Sequence record: MK962752
Length of the DNA: 64,000 nt
Direction: 5' to 3' (one strand)
Origin: Shigella phage JK23
The notes beneath the pieces were generated by a model that saw nothing but the letters and a program-made list of their open reading frames with translations, did not search any database and was not told where the DNA came from. Numbering within the stretch: the first letter of the stretch is position 1; the number at the start of each line of letters is the position of its first letter. A program made the translations under genes and the position numbers. Shown here piece by piece: positions 31,282 through 43,704 of this stretch.

Positions 31282-31631
31282 TTAGAAAGGTCCTGGATGT
31301 CTTCTGCGAACTTGTTGAAGGAGTTGTTGATTTGTTTTTCAACCAATCCTGGCTTACGAGCCACCACATCCGCCTTCTTTGCATCTTTGCGCAGTTTTTC
31401 ATTTTCACGCTCAATAGCAGCAATCGCCTCACGATTTTTATTATTCATCGCATCAATATAATTATACTGAATTCGCAAATTATTTAATGCTAAGGCGTTT
31501 TCATTGGCTGTTTTTGTAATTTCAGTAACTGATGTTTCTAATCTTTCTACCTTATTTTTTAAAATAATAGATGTTCCGCCAAATGCTATTACAAGTAATA
31601 GCAATCCAGCTGTAAAATTACTTAATTGCAT
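31278..31631 (-). CDS. pseT.3: i-spanin (inner-membrane coiled-coil lysis component)
   Basis: 117 aa; N-terminal transmembrane helix then coiled-coil-like periplasmic region. Confidence 0.75.
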   Translation of the reverse strand: MQLSNFTAGLLLLVIAFGGTSIILKNKVERLETSVTEITKTANENALALNNLRIQYNYIDAMNNKNREAIAAIERENEKLRKDAKKADVVARKPGLVEKQINNSFNKFAEDIQDLSK

Positions 31632-32128
31632 AAAGTTTTAATAACCTCTATAATATCGTCTTGAGAAAGACCGTTAATTAAAATATGATGTTCAGCCGGA
31701 GATTTAGAAATTTTAAAGCATGCCTCAACATCTTCTGCCATATCCGATGCGCTACGATTTGGATTACTAATTCCAAGACGATGTTTTCCCGTTAAAGGAT
31801 TAACGATGATATAGCATTTACAGTTGTTAATATGAACATTAGGTTGAGTCTGATTAATGAACACATCGCAATCATATTTCGCAAGCTGATTTTCTAAAAA
31901 GACTTTCATCTCTTCAACCGCATCAGGAAGCATATCACGGGCTTGCTCAAGACGACGATTTCGATATTCTTTAATGGTCGTTTTCCGCTTGACTTGCTTA
32001 GCTAAATCTTTCTTAAGATCGGTGATATATCCAACTCGACGGTTTCCTTTAAATACAGAAATCCCATCTGTAGTATCACCGTATGCTTCAACGACCATTT
32101 CAGTAGTAATGAGCTGCAAATCCATCAT
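31622..32128 (-). CDS. alc: Alc, inhibitor of host transcription
   Basis: 168 aa; size and position between spanins and rnlA as in T4. Confidence 0.75.
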   Translation of the reverse strand: MMDLQLITTEMVVEAYGDTTDGISVFKGNRRVGYITDLKKDLAKQVKRKTTIKEYRNRRLEQARDMLPDAVEEMKVFLENQLAKYDCDVFINQTQPNVHINNCKCYIIVNPLTGKHRLGISNPNRSASDMAEDVEACFKISKSPAEHHILINGLSQDDIIEVIKTLCN

Positions 32129-32132
32129 AAAG

Positions 32133-32186
32133 TCCTCATGTTATGTCAGTAAGACTACTATAACACAACACGAGGGACTTGTAAAC
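32133..32186 (-). promoter_or_regulatory. T4-type early promoter (54-bp element, copy B) upstream of alc
   Basis: Identical to 16163-16216; GTTTAC, 18 nt, TATAGT on minus strand. Confidence 0.65.
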
Positions 32187-32189
32187 AGC

Positions 32190-33777
<1,588 letters not shown>

Positions 33778-33804
33778 AATAAAATGGGCCTTGCGGCCCA
33801 CTCC

Positions 33805-34983
33805 TTAAAAGTATTTTTTAAAACTCATCATAACTTTATCATCAACATCATTATCAATCTGTGCAACAAGATAAGATGACAGTTCTACTTCTTGTGGCGC
33901 TGATTGAACATTATCAGAATTAAGATATTCACGAATCCAAGGATATGGATGTTTAACCGGAGCATCGGTAATTGGGCATGGAAGACCGCACTGTTTCATA
34001 CGAGATACAGTTAAGTAATCAATAAAGCTCCACATGCTATTTGTATTTAATCCAGGAACATCGCCATCTTTAAATAAATGAACTGCCCAATCTTTTTCTT
34101 GGCGGTTAACTTCCATGAAAATATCAACTGCTTCTTGTTCACACTCTTGAGCAATTTTAACCCATTGATCGCCATCAGTACCAGATTGAAGTTGACGAAT
34201 AATATATTGTGTACCTTTAAGATGAAGCTGCTCATCACGTGCAATGAACTTCATAATCTTGGCATTACCTTCCATGATTTCCATGTTTTTATGGAAGTTA
34301 AAGGTACACGCAAAAGATACATAAAAACGAATAGCTTCTAATGCATTAATAACGTGCAAACAGAGGTAAAGAGATTTCATTAGCTCACGCTTCCAATATG
34401 TCTCATGCTCAATAGCATCTTCAATAACGTCTTTGTCTGCATTAATTTCTTTTTGGTATTCGATATCAGCTTTAGCGTTTTCCCAATAACGAGTTTTAAT
34501 CAGAACATCATCATAATAACGTCCAATGGATTCAGCACGTTTCATAATAGCTTCATCTAATACAATTTCATCAAATACCTTCGATGGATCAGTATAAAGA
34601 TTTCGCATGATATGAGTATATGAACGACTGTGAATAGTTTCACTAAAAGTCCATGTAGCAACCCATGTATCAAGGCTTGGGTCTGAAATTAATGACATAA
34701 GTACAGCAGATGGCGCGCGACCCTGAATGCTATCTAAAAGTGATTGATACTTCAAGTTGTTAGTAAAAATATTTTGCTGATACTGAGGAAGCTTATTAAA
34801 CTGTGCAGCATCCATCATCAAGTTTACTTCTTCAGGACGCCAGAAAAATGATAATTGCTTTTCGGTTAAATCTTCAAAAACTTTATGACGTTGAATATCA
34901 TAACGCGCAATACCAAGACCTGAACCAAAAAACATAGGTTCTTTTAAAACATCAACTGGATTTGTATTAAAAACTGTGCTCAT
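33805..34983 (-). CDS. nrdB: ribonucleotide reductase small subunit (intronless)
   Basis: 392-aa uninterrupted ORF; di-iron/tyrosyl radical R2 family; no intron unlike T4. Confidence 0.92.
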   Translation of the reverse strand: MSTVFNTNPVDVLKEPMFFGSGLGIARYDIQRHKVFEDLTEKQLSFFWRPEEVNLMMDAAQFNKLPQYQQNIFTNNLKYQSLLDSIQGRAPSAVLMSLISDPSLDTWVATWTFSETIHSRSYTHIMRNLYTDPSKVFDEIVLDEAIMKRAESIGRYYDDVLIKTRYWENAKADIEYQKEINADKDVIEDAIEHETYWKRELMKSLYLCLHVINALEAIRFYVSFACTFNFHKNMEIMEGNAKIMKFIARDEQLHLKGTQYIIRQLQSGTDGDQWVKIAQECEQEAVDIFMEVNRQEKDWAVHLFKDGDVPGLNTNSMWSFIDYLTVSRMKQCGLPCPITDAPVKHPYPWIREYLNSDNVQSAPQEVELSSYLVAQIDNDVDDKVMMSFKKYF

Positions 34984-35034
34984 AAATTTTCCGCTTAGTT
35001 AATAGTTGGTGACTCGTCCGTGAGTCAAATTATA

Positions 35035-37299
35035 TCATAATTTACAGGATGAACAATCTTCAGCTTTTGGAGTTTCTATTTCATAATCATCAGTACCAGA
35101 ACCATCGCGGGTATTATGATAATAGAAATTTTTTCCGCCAAAATACCAAAAATACAAAAGGTCATCAATCATTATTGACATTGGAACCTTGCCTTTAGGG
35201 AAGATTTGGGGGTCATAGTATGTATTCGCCGAAGCTGATTGACAAACCCATTTCAGCATAATAGCTACTTGCGTAAGATAAGGTTTATTACCTTTCTTAG
35301 CTAATTTCCATGTATAATCATATAGGTCTATGTTATGTTCAATATTGGGCACGACTTGATTAAAGGAACCCTCTTTTGATTCTTTAACAGAGACTGGTCC
35401 ACGTGGAGGCTCGATACCGTTTGTACTGTTAGAAACTTGGGAAGATGACTCACATGGCATAAGTGCTGATAGTGTGCTATTACGGATGCCAAAGAGCTTA
35501 AGGTCTTCCCGCAGCGACGACCAGTCACAAACGTATTTTGGAGCTGCGATTTGGTCAATCTTTTTATTGTACCAGTCGATAGGTAATTCGCCTCGAGACC
35601 AACGAGTGTCTGAATAATATTCGCAAGGTCCTTTTTCTTTGGCGAGCTTAATGGATGCTTTAATGAGTCCATACTGTAATCTCTCAAATAGTTCATGTGT
35701 TAAATCGTTAGCATCTTCATAAGAAGCAAAGTTACTTGCCAGCCAAGCTGCATAGTTGGTAACACCTACACCGAGGTTACGACGCTTTTTAGCTTTTTCT
35801 GCTTCAGGAACTGGATATCCTTGGTAATCCAAAAGATTATCAAGAGCACGAACTTGAACTTCTGCCAATTCATTAATTTTATCTTGGTCTTGCCAGTCAA
35901 AATTATCTAGTACGAATGCAGAGAGAGTACACAATCCAATTTCAGCATCAGGACTATTCACATCATTTGTTGGAATAGCAATTTCACAGCACAAGTTACT
36001 CTGACGAATAGGTGCCTTTTCACGAATAAACGGAGTATAGTTATTCGTATTATCAATGAACTGTACATAAATTCTTGCTGTTCCTGAACGTTCAGTCATG
36101 AGCAATTCAAATAGTTCACGGGCTTTAATACGCTTTTTACGAATATTAGGGTCTTTTTCTGCTGCTTCGTATAATTCACGGAAACGGTCTTGGTCTTTAA
36201 AATAAGAATAATAAAGCTCTCCACCCATTTCATGCGGACTGAACAAAGTAATGTAATCGTTCTTTCCGAATCGTTCCATCATCAAATCATTCAGTTGAAC
36301 ACCATAATCCATATGACGAATGCGGTTTTCTTCTACGCCTTTGTTATTTTTCAAAACGAGAAGATTTTCAACTTCCAAATGCCAAATAGGATAATAAGCA
36401 GTAGCAGCGCCGCCACGAATTCCACCCTGTGAACATGATTTAACTGCAGTCTGAAAATGTTTCCAAAAAGGAATAACACCAGTATGGCGTACTTCACCCA
36501 TGCCAATCTTAGAACCTTCGGCACGAATCATACCAACGTTAATACCAATTCCAGCGCGTTTAGAGATATATTCAACAATCGAAGCGGAAGCCTTATTGAT
36601 AGACTTCAGCGAATCACCTGCCTCAATAACAACACATGAACTAAACTGTCGAGTCGGAGTACGACAACCAGCCATAATAGGAGTTGGTAATGAAATCTGT
36701 CGAGTAGATACTGCTTCATAAAAACGAATAACATGTTTTAATCTATCAACAGGTTCATCTTGATGCAATGCCATTCCAATAGTCATAAATGCAAACTGCG
36801 GAGTTTCATAAATTTGACCAGTGGTTTTATCTTTAACGAGATATTTTTCTTTTAATTGCATCGCCCCGGAATAAGTAAATTCCATATCCCGTTCGTGCTT
36901 AATTTTTGATTCTAAAAATGTAATTTCTTCTGCTGAATATTTTGACAACAATTCAGGGTCATATTTACCTTCATTTACACAGTAAGAAATATGGTCAATA
37001 AATGAACGCGGTTCATACTGCCCATAAACATGCTTACGAAGAGCGAACATTAGACAACGTGCAGCTACATATTGATAATCAGGCTCTTCAACCGAAATAG
37101 AATTCGCAGCGGCCTTAATGACAATAGTCTGAATATCATCAGTTGTCATTCCATCACGGAGATAAGATTTAATATTTTCATATAATTCATAAGGATCTAC
37201 TGATGTTCCCTCAGCTGCCCAAGATAAAACTTTAATAATTTTTTGTGGGTCAAAGCTCTGAGAAACACCACTACTTTTGATAACATTAATTAATTGCAT
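35035..37299 (-). CDS. nrdA: ribonucleotide reductase large subunit
   Basis: 754 aa; class Ia R1 with C-terminal CxxC tail. Confidence 0.93.
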   Translation of the reverse strand: MQLINVIKSSGVSQSFDPQKIIKVLSWAAEGTSVDPYELYENIKSYLRDGMTTDDIQTIVIKAAANSISVEEPDYQYVAARCLMFALRKHVYGQYEPRSFIDHISYCVNEGKYDPELLSKYSAEEITFLESKIKHERDMEFTYSGAMQLKEKYLVKDKTTGQIYETPQFAFMTIGMALHQDEPVDRLKHVIRFYEAVSTRQISLPTPIMAGCRTPTRQFSSCVVIEAGDSLKSINKASASIVEYISKRAGIGINVGMIRAEGSKIGMGEVRHTGVIPFWKHFQTAVKSCSQGGIRGGAATAYYPIWHLEVENLLVLKNNKGVEENRIRHMDYGVQLNDLMMERFGKNDYITLFSPHEMGGELYYSYFKDQDRFRELYEAAEKDPNIRKKRIKARELFELLMTERSGTARIYVQFIDNTNNYTPFIREKAPIRQSNLCCEIAIPTNDVNSPDAEIGLCTLSAFVLDNFDWQDQDKINELAEVQVRALDNLLDYQGYPVPEAEKAKKRRNLGVGVTNYAAWLASNFASYEDANDLTHELFERLQYGLIKASIKLAKEKGPCEYYSDTRWSRGELPIDWYNKKIDQIAAPKYVCDWSSLREDLKLFGIRNSTLSALMPCESSSQVSNSTNGIEPPRGPVSVKESKEGSFNQVVPNIEHNIDLYDYTWKLAKKGNKPYLTQVAIMLKWVCQSASANTYYDPQIFPKGKVPMSIMIDDLLYFWYFGGKNFYYHNTRDGSGTDDYEIETPKAEDCSSCKL

Positions 37300-37616
37300 A
37301 AGTCCTCAACTTGAAAATCGTCTTTAAACAATCGGTTAACTATATGAGCTATTATATCACCATGACACGGCTTTGGTTTACATGTGCATCCTAGCCTCAT
37401 TCCACGTAAAGGCTCTAAATGTGCTTTAGTTATTTCTCCGGATTTAATTCGACGTATAAAATCTTTTTTGAATAATTCAATGGCAGCCTCCCGGCTGCCA
37501 GCATCTTTACCGACGTAATTTCCCCAAAATGTACCACGGTGAATATTAACATCAAAGTCGGATTTGTATTTATTCACTACCCGACATAGACGGCCCGCGC
37601 GGTGATAATTCGGCAT
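37290..37616 (-). CDS. hypothetical protein (nrdA.1 position)
   Basis: 108-aa ATG ORF; 47-nt out-of-frame overlap with upstream ORF. Confidence 0.55.
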   Translation of the reverse strand: MPNYHRAGRLCRVVNKYKSDFDVNIHRGTFWGNYVGKDAGSREAAIELFKKDFIRRIKSGEITKAHLEPLRGMRLGCTCKPKPCHGDIIAHIVNRLFKDDFQVEDLCN

Positions 37617-37833
37617 ATTGTTTTTCCGTTAAAACAGTAATATCGTAGTAACAGTCAGAAGAAGTTTTAACTGTGGAAATTTTATTATCAAAATACTCAC
37701 GAGTCATTTTATGAGTATAATATTTTTTGCCATAAATGATAATAGGCTGATTTGGTCCTGGAACTTCTAGCTCACTTGGATTAGGAAGTGTAAAAAGAAC
37801 TACACCAGAAGTATCTTTAAATCGTAAAATCAT
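37570..37833 (-). CDS. hypothetical protein (nrdA.2 position)
   Basis: 87-aa ATG ORF. Confidence 0.55.
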   Translation of the reverse strand: MILRFKDTSGVVLFTLPNPSELEVPGPNQPIIIYGKKYYTHKMTREYFDNKISTVKTSSDCYYDITVLTEKQYAELSPRGPSMSGSE

Positions 37834-38690
37834 ATTGCCATTTTCCCTTTAATTGCTGGATGCGATTCATAATTTTCAAGGATAAAATCTTTCGGTTTCA
37901 TGTATTCAGTTAACCAGTAAAGCTGTGTTTCGGTGTCACAATTTCCAAACTCTATAGGCCAATCAATTTTAAGTTCACATAGTTCTTTAGGCTCACGACG
38001 TAAAATTTCTTTACATTGCTCAGTATGATTCATATAGATGTGAGTATTACCACCAGAAAATATCAAATCTCCTGGGATAAGATTACACATCTTAGCCACA
38101 ATATGCGTCAAGGCAGCGTACGAGGCAATGTTGAATGGCAATCCCAAGAAAACATCTACACTTCTTTGGTACCATTGTAAATCAAGATAACCATTACGCA
38201 CATTAAACTGATAGAACATATGACAGGGCGGTAATGCCATTTGATTGATTTCAGCTGGATTCCATGCTGAAACGATTTGACGTCGATCAGTTGGTAATTT
38301 TTTAATACGATCAATAGTTTCAACTAATTGATCCACACCGCCGAAATCACGCCATTGTTTACCGTATATAGGACCAAGTTCACCACTATGATATCCTAGG
38401 TCTTTAGCCTGGTTTTCATAGTTATCGTCCCAAATAGTTTTACCTTGAATAAGACTACCATGTGTGCGAAGACGTAAATCATTAACATTGGTAGAACCGG
38501 AAATAAACCATAGAAGCTCAGCAATGCATGCATTCCACGCAAGCTTCTTAGTTGTTACCGCAGGAAAACCTTTAGTTAAATCCCAACGTAATTTAGTACC
38601 GAACAAAGCAATTGTTCCTGTGCCTGTTCGGTCATCGGTTTCATAGCCATTTTCAAAAATGTCTTTAATTAAATCTTGGTATTGTTTCAT
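37830..38690 (-). CDS. td: thymidylate synthase (intronless)
   Basis: 286-aa uninterrupted ORF with ThyA motifs; no intron unlike T4. Confidence 0.93.
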   Translation of the reverse strand: MKQYQDLIKDIFENGYETDDRTGTGTIALFGTKLRWDLTKGFPAVTTKKLAWNACIAELLWFISGSTNVNDLRLRTHGSLIQGKTIWDDNYENQAKDLGYHSGELGPIYGKQWRDFGGVDQLVETIDRIKKLPTDRRQIVSAWNPAEINQMALPPCHMFYQFNVRNGYLDLQWYQRSVDVFLGLPFNIASYAALTHIVAKMCNLIPGDLIFSGGNTHIYMNHTEQCKEILRREPKELCELKIDWPIEFGNCDTETQLYWLTEYMKPKDFILENYESHPAIKGKMAI

Positions 38691-38735
38691 TTAGTACCTT
38701 ATATAAATTATAATACATTTTATGAAGCTAAATAA

Positions 38736-39083
38736 TCAATACGGTTTAGCATCAAATTTTCTCTCAATTTCAGGCGTGAAATATAATTCTTTACCGCGTT
38801 TGGAAAAGCGACCAATAATATGATAATTATTCTCATCAAACGTGATATTACCAATATCCATAGCTTTCAACCAAATATCGATATTTCTATCCAGCTTTAT
38901 GTCAAAATTCCAATACGGAGAACTATTACCGAAAATACTGCAAGCGGATTCAGTGAAACAACTGCTATAAATCTTGTCTTTAGGAACTACTAATTGATAG
39001 ACACCTTTAATAAACTGAGGACCCTGCCACTTTGGCTGTTTCGTGTCTTTTTCTAATAGAATAGGGTAATAATTAAAATTCAT
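38736..39083 (-). CDS. hypothetical protein encoded by an insertion at the frd/td junction
   Basis: 115-aa ATG ORF with own ribosome-binding site; sits where frd stop and td start overlap in T4; no recognisable motif. Confidence 0.6.
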   Translation of the reverse strand: MNFNYYPILLEKDTKQPKWQGPQFIKGVYQLVVPKDKIYSSCFTESACSIFGNSSPYWNFDIKLDRNIDIWLKAMDIGNITFDENNYHIIGRFSKRGKELYFTPEIERKFDAKPY

Positions 39084-39102
39084 ATTTCCGCCACGCGTTA
39101 TT

Positions 39103-39929
<827 letters not shown>

Positions 39930-39940
39930 ATTGCCTCCTA

Positions 39941-40273
39941 TTAAAAAGGATCAGTAACATATCCGCTAGCTTTAATCATTTTAATTAACGTTAACATTCC
40001 TTTGTTAACTGCTCGTGAGATTTCATCAAAAACTTCATCACTAAAAAGTTCTAACACGCCCTTCTGAACTTTTAATTTACAGCCAACAATTTCGTCATCT
40101 CCTATAGTAAATTCGCTTCCGCCAATTCCGCCGAAAAACTTAATTACGCCAGTTAACTGTCTTCCACGAGAATATGGGTCGTGTGATAAAGTAATATGAG
40201 TCACCCCAGGTACAGTTTTAAATTGGCAGCGGATGTTTACTTGAGCAATTCCAGTTACATGAATGTCAGACAT
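39941..40273 (-). CDS. hypothetical protein (frd.2 position)
   Basis: 110-aa ATG ORF. Confidence 0.65.
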   Translation of the reverse strand: MSDIHVTGIAQVNIRCQFKTVPGVTHITLSHDPYSRGRQLTGVIKFFGGIGGSEFTIGDDEIVGCKLKVQKGVLELFSDEVFDEISRAVNKGMLTLIKMIKASGYVTDPF

Positions 40274-40283
40274 ATTATTTTCC

Positions 40284-40526
40284 TCAAACAGACTTTTTCA
40301 CAATTTTCCAATCAGCTTTAAACTGATCAACATCAGAATGATAAATCCAGAATCCTGCGCTTTCTCCGTCTTCATAAAGAGGACATCCATCACATTCATC
40401 TTCCCATCCCATGTCACGTAAAAGATGTTCAGCTTTTTCAACAAGTTCAGAATCTTTACCGATGATATTAAAATACCATTTACCTCTAACTTCTGAATCT
40501 TTGATGCTCTGGCGTTGTAATCTCAT
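40284..40526 (-). CDS. hypothetical protein (frd.3 position)
   Basis: 80-aa ATG ORF. Confidence 0.6.
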   Translation of the reverse strand: MRLQRQSIKDSEVRGKWYFNIIGKDSELVEKAEHLLRDMGWEDECDGCPLYEDGESAGFWIYHSDVDQFKADWKIVKKSV

Positions 40527-40664
40527 TTTATTCTCCTTAGCAAGCTTTAATCAAAAGATATAAACAGACCAACATAACTGCTGCCATAATATAAGGTGCG
40601 AACATTTTCTTTTCTCCATTAGTTTTGATAGGGTAATAGTATCACACTACTACCCTGTTGTAAA

Positions 40665-41030
40665 CTACTTTTTGAAAGTTTTTCGCAAAAGTTCAATGAT
40701 TTCATCTACATTATTTTCGTCAACAATGCAGTGAATTTTTGTTACGCCAGAAACTATGTCTTCGGCTCCATCTTCTTCAGAAGTCGGTTCTTTATACTCA
40801 CGAAAACAATGAAATTCGTCTTCACAAACGTTAAAGTAAAAATGCTTTCCATTTGCGCATTCAATGTGTTTTATTACTCTAAATCCATCAACAAAGAAAG
40901 CTTCTTTAACTTCAAACCATCCACCATTTTCTTGAATAATTTTAACTATCGATGAATTAGAACGTGGGCGATAATTAATAAATGTATCAATAAGTCTTGG
41001 AACAAGCTCATACTTTTTGCCAATATACAT
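40665..41030 (-). CDS. hypothetical protein
   Basis: 121-aa ATG ORF downstream of an early promoter. Confidence 0.6.
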   Translation of the reverse strand: MYIGKKYELVPRLIDTFINYRPRSNSSIVKIIQENGGWFEVKEAFFVDGFRVIKHIECANGKHFYFNVCEDEFHCFREYKEPTSEEDGAEDIVSGVTKIHCIVDENNVDEIIELLRKTFKK

Positions 41031-41075
41031 TACGTTTTCCTCATTTTAACGGGGCTTGTAATAGCCCCTTGATAA

Positions 41076-41306
41076 TTATTGTTCAATCAATCCCATGTAA
41101 AATTCTGCGTCTTCAGAATCCATACCATCACAATATTCATTAGCCATAAAGCGGGTGAGGTCTTCAAGAGGACCTTCAATGACAATAGAAAAATTGCAAT
41201 AATTGGGATCATCGTGAATACTTGTGATACTAAGTTCAGGATAACGATTACGAATAATTTCTTCAATATATTCAAAATCAACGATGTCAATATCAACTTT
41301 AGCCAT
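41076..41306 (-). CDS. hypothetical acidic protein
   Basis: Track ORF extends through the promoter; ATG at 41306 with AAGAGGAAAAT Shine-Dalgarno gives 76 aa. Confidence 0.55.
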   Translation of the reverse strand: MAKVDIDIVDFEYIEEIIRNRYPELSITSIHDDPNYCNFSIVIEGPLEDLTRFMANEYCDGMDSEDAEFYMGLIEQ

Positions 41307-41349
41307 ATTATTTTCCTCTTTAATTATCAGCAGTATTGCCGATAGTTGT

Positions 41350-41379
41350 ATAGTACCATGGAAGGACAAGGATGTAAAC
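41350..41379 (-). promoter_or_regulatory. T4-type early promoter with A/T-rich UP element
   Basis: Minus strand GTTTAC, 18 nt, TACTAT; same module recurs at 57889-57918 and 61924-61953. Confidence 0.6.
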
Positions 41380-41397
41380 AGTTTTGTGAAAAAATTT

Positions 41398-41429
41398 TTG
41401 AAATAAAAAAGGGGACCTCTAGGGTCCCC
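41398..41429 (-). terminator. rho-independent terminator downstream of gene 32
   Basis: ggggacc-tcta-gggtcccc hairpin followed on minus strand by a T-run. Confidence 0.75.
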
Positions 41430-41451
41430 AATTAATTAGTAATATAATCTG

Positions 41452-42360
41452 TTAAAGGTCATTCAAAAGGTCATCTAGATCCGTGTCATCAGCACTAGAT
41501 GAACTGCCAGAGCTTGAGCTCATAAAATCATCTTCAGTTTTTGTTTTGAAGTCATCAACATTGAATGCATCCAAATCATCAGCAACTTTATCAGCTTTCT
41601 TAGCGGCAGTTGCAGCGGCACCACCCATTGCAGCAGTTCCCATAACTTGACTGAACTTAGTGCTCAGTTCTTCAAATGATTTGAATTTATCTTTAGAAGT
41701 CATTTCAGAAAGGTCAACCATTTGTTCGAACAGTTCTTTCTGGAAAGATTCATCGTCAATGTTTGGAATCGCAGATTGATTCAGGAATTTAGATTCGTCG
41801 TAGTTACTAAAACCAGAAACTTGTTTAACTTTCAGTACAAAGTTAGCACCTTCCCACGGACAAGTTACATCAACCGGAGTTTCACCCATTTCAACATCAA
41901 CCGCAATCATCGCGTTGATTTTATCCCAGATTTTCTTACCGAAACGATATTTAAATACTTTACCTTCGTTTTCTGGAGCAGCTGGGTCTTTTACAACAAG
42001 AATGTTAGCCCAGTAAGAAGTTTTACGTTTAACAAGACTGTACTCTTTATTGTCAGTGTTGTACAAATCATTTTTACTGATGTACTGACATACTGGACAA
42101 GAATCGTAATCACCGTAGGTAGATGAGCATGTTTCGATATACCATTTACCATTTTTCTTGAAACCGTGATTTACAAGAAGTGCGAATGGTGCTTGTTCAT
42201 CATTTTTAGACGGAAGAAAACGAATTACTGCTTGGCCGTTACCCGCATTGTCGAGTTTCAGTTTCCACTCGCCTTTATCTTCAGAAGAAAAACCACCTTT
42301 ATTTCCAGCCAGTTTAGCCATTTGCGCAGCGAGTTCAGCAGTAGATTTACGTTTAAACAT
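41452..42360 (-). CDS. 32: single-stranded DNA-binding protein gp32
   Basis: 302 aa; matches T4 gp32 including acidic serine-rich C-terminus. Confidence 0.95.
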   Translation of the reverse strand: MFKRKSTAELAAQMAKLAGNKGGFSSEDKGEWKLKLDNAGNGQAVIRFLPSKNDEQAPFALLVNHGFKKNGKWYIETCSSTYGDYDSCPVCQYISKNDLYNTDNKEYSLVKRKTSYWANILVVKDPAAPENEGKVFKYRFGKKIWDKINAMIAVDVEMGETPVDVTCPWEGANFVLKVKQVSGFSNYDESKFLNQSAIPNIDDESFQKELFEQMVDLSEMTSKDKFKSFEELSTKFSQVMGTAAMGGAAATAAKKADKVADDLDAFNVDDFKTKTEDDFMSSSSGSSSSADDTDLDDLLNDL

Positions 42361-42427
42361 TTTTATTTCCTTTTTAATTTAATTAACAGTTGGTGCTATG
42401 ACGATGTATGACCTCATAGCTGGTCAG
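42361..42427 (-). promoter_or_regulatory. gene 32 translational operator (A/U-rich leader plus 5' pseudoknot)
   Basis: Leader reads TGACCAGCTATGAGGTCATACATCGTCATAGCACC then A/T-rich tract to the ATG; stems TGACC/GGTCA and CTATGA/TCATAG as in the T4 autoregulatory pseudoknot. Confidence 0.7.
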
Positions 42428-42460
42428 TGAGATAATTATAATCTTATTTATAATAAGCAA

Positions 42461-43114
42461 TTAATACTTGCAAGATTTCACAGTTTCAATGAAAACATTT
42501 TTAGCTTTCTGTGAATCAATATTTAAAATTTTTCTATAAGCCTTTAACTTTATAGAATAATTATTCCAGACTAAATTATCAGTCTGTTCATCATGTTTAT
42601 CAATTATATTTAAAAACGAATCAAGCAAGATAAACGTTTCAAACGAAATTATATTCGATTGAAGTAGTTTAAAAATATAACTTGATTGAACTTTTGGATT
42701 ATACTCAAAGATTTCTTTAAAAGCAGAAACTTCAACTTTTTTACTAAAATAGTAAATATTGCGAATATCTTCTTCAAACTTAAATTTAATTTGCTTTAAG
42801 CGTCCGATATATTCACGATAAAACACAAGTGCATCAGCGTCAGAGATGTCACCAATCCAAGCATCTTGGTTAGCAACCAAATTACTTATAAAAATTAAAG
42901 CAAGTTCCTTTAATTTATATTTTTCTGATAACTTCTGGAAAAAATACTTATCCCTTCGCTTTTGATAAGCGGCATCAGACACCCGCATGCACCAATTATA
43001 CTTAATTACATCATACTTTCCATTCATATGCTGTTTTATCATTAAGTATAATTTATAAACTGATTTACCATCAATGTATCTTTCACCACCAGCAGGCATG
43101 CGGAGTTTAATCAT
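42461..43114 (-). CDS. 59: helicase loader gp59
   Basis: 217 aa; follows gene 32 directly, no intervening ORF. Confidence 0.88.
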   Translation of the reverse strand: MIKLRMPAGGERYIDGKSVYKLYLMIKQHMNGKYDVIKYNWCMRVSDAAYQKRRDKYFFQKLSEKYKLKELALIFISNLVANQDAWIGDISDADALVFYREYIGRLKQIKFKFEEDIRNIYYFSKKVEVSAFKEIFEYNPKVQSSYIFKLLQSNIISFETFILLDSFLNIIDKHDEQTDNLVWNNYSIKLKAYRKILNIDSQKAKNVFIETVKSCKY

Positions 43115-43449
43115 AGTAGAAAATCTAATGTATTAGTTTTTTCACAACGAACAACAGAAGGACGTAAAAGATTTTCGTCAATGGCTTCTGACTGAATTTT
43201 TTCAATTATACCCGAAGGAATAAATTTAGCAAATTGAGTTTCAGGAATAGAGTTTTCTTCCAAGAATGCTGTCGTAGCTTCAAGATAACTCATTCCAAAC
43301 TCTTCTACCATTTTTTCAATGATAAATCCATTTTCTTGACGATCGAGAAGCTTTGCTATTTCATCCTTTTCTTTCTTGATTGAAAGTTCTTTTTCTGAAA
43401 GACCGGTCTCATCGACCGGACGAATATCATTTAGAGAAAACTGTGTCAT
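43111..43449 (-). CDS. 33: late transcription co-activator gp33
   Basis: Track start is TTG; ATG at 43449 gives 112 aa. Confidence 0.8.
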   Translation of the reverse strand: MTQFSLNDIRPVDETGLSEKELSIKKEKDEIAKLLDRQENGFIIEKMVEEFGMSYLEATTAFLEENSIPETQFAKFIPSGIIEKIQSEAIDENLLRPSVVRCEKTNTLDFLL

Positions 43450-43696
43450 AAAGTTCAACTACCTCTTCAGTTTCAGCTTCAAACACATCACGATTATCTT
43501 TATGATACAAAGCTAATAGACGATTAAACATCTTACCATCAACGCCAAGTTCATCTTTAGCACGAATTCGAATATCTTTAATCAGTTCATTATAACCGGA
43601 AATTTTCAGTTTATGATCAGATGCTTCTTTAATAAATTTAGCCAAGTCTTCGCCATGGATAGCTTCATCAAATTCAACCATTTCTTTTTTAGCCAT
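43427..43696 (-). CDS. dsbA: dsDNA-binding protein DsbA
   Basis: 89 aa; conserved position between rnh and 33. Confidence 0.8.
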   Translation of the reverse strand: MAKKEMVEFDEAIHGEDLAKFIKEASDHKLKISGYNELIKDIRIRAKDELGVDGKMFNRLLALYHKDNRDVFEAETEEVVELYDTVFSK

Positions 43697-43704
43697 TATT
43701 CACC

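Noticed and set aside
33805-38690. Group I introns in td and nrdB
   Set aside because: Both reading frames are continuous and of intronless length (286 and 392 codons); no interrupting segment is present.
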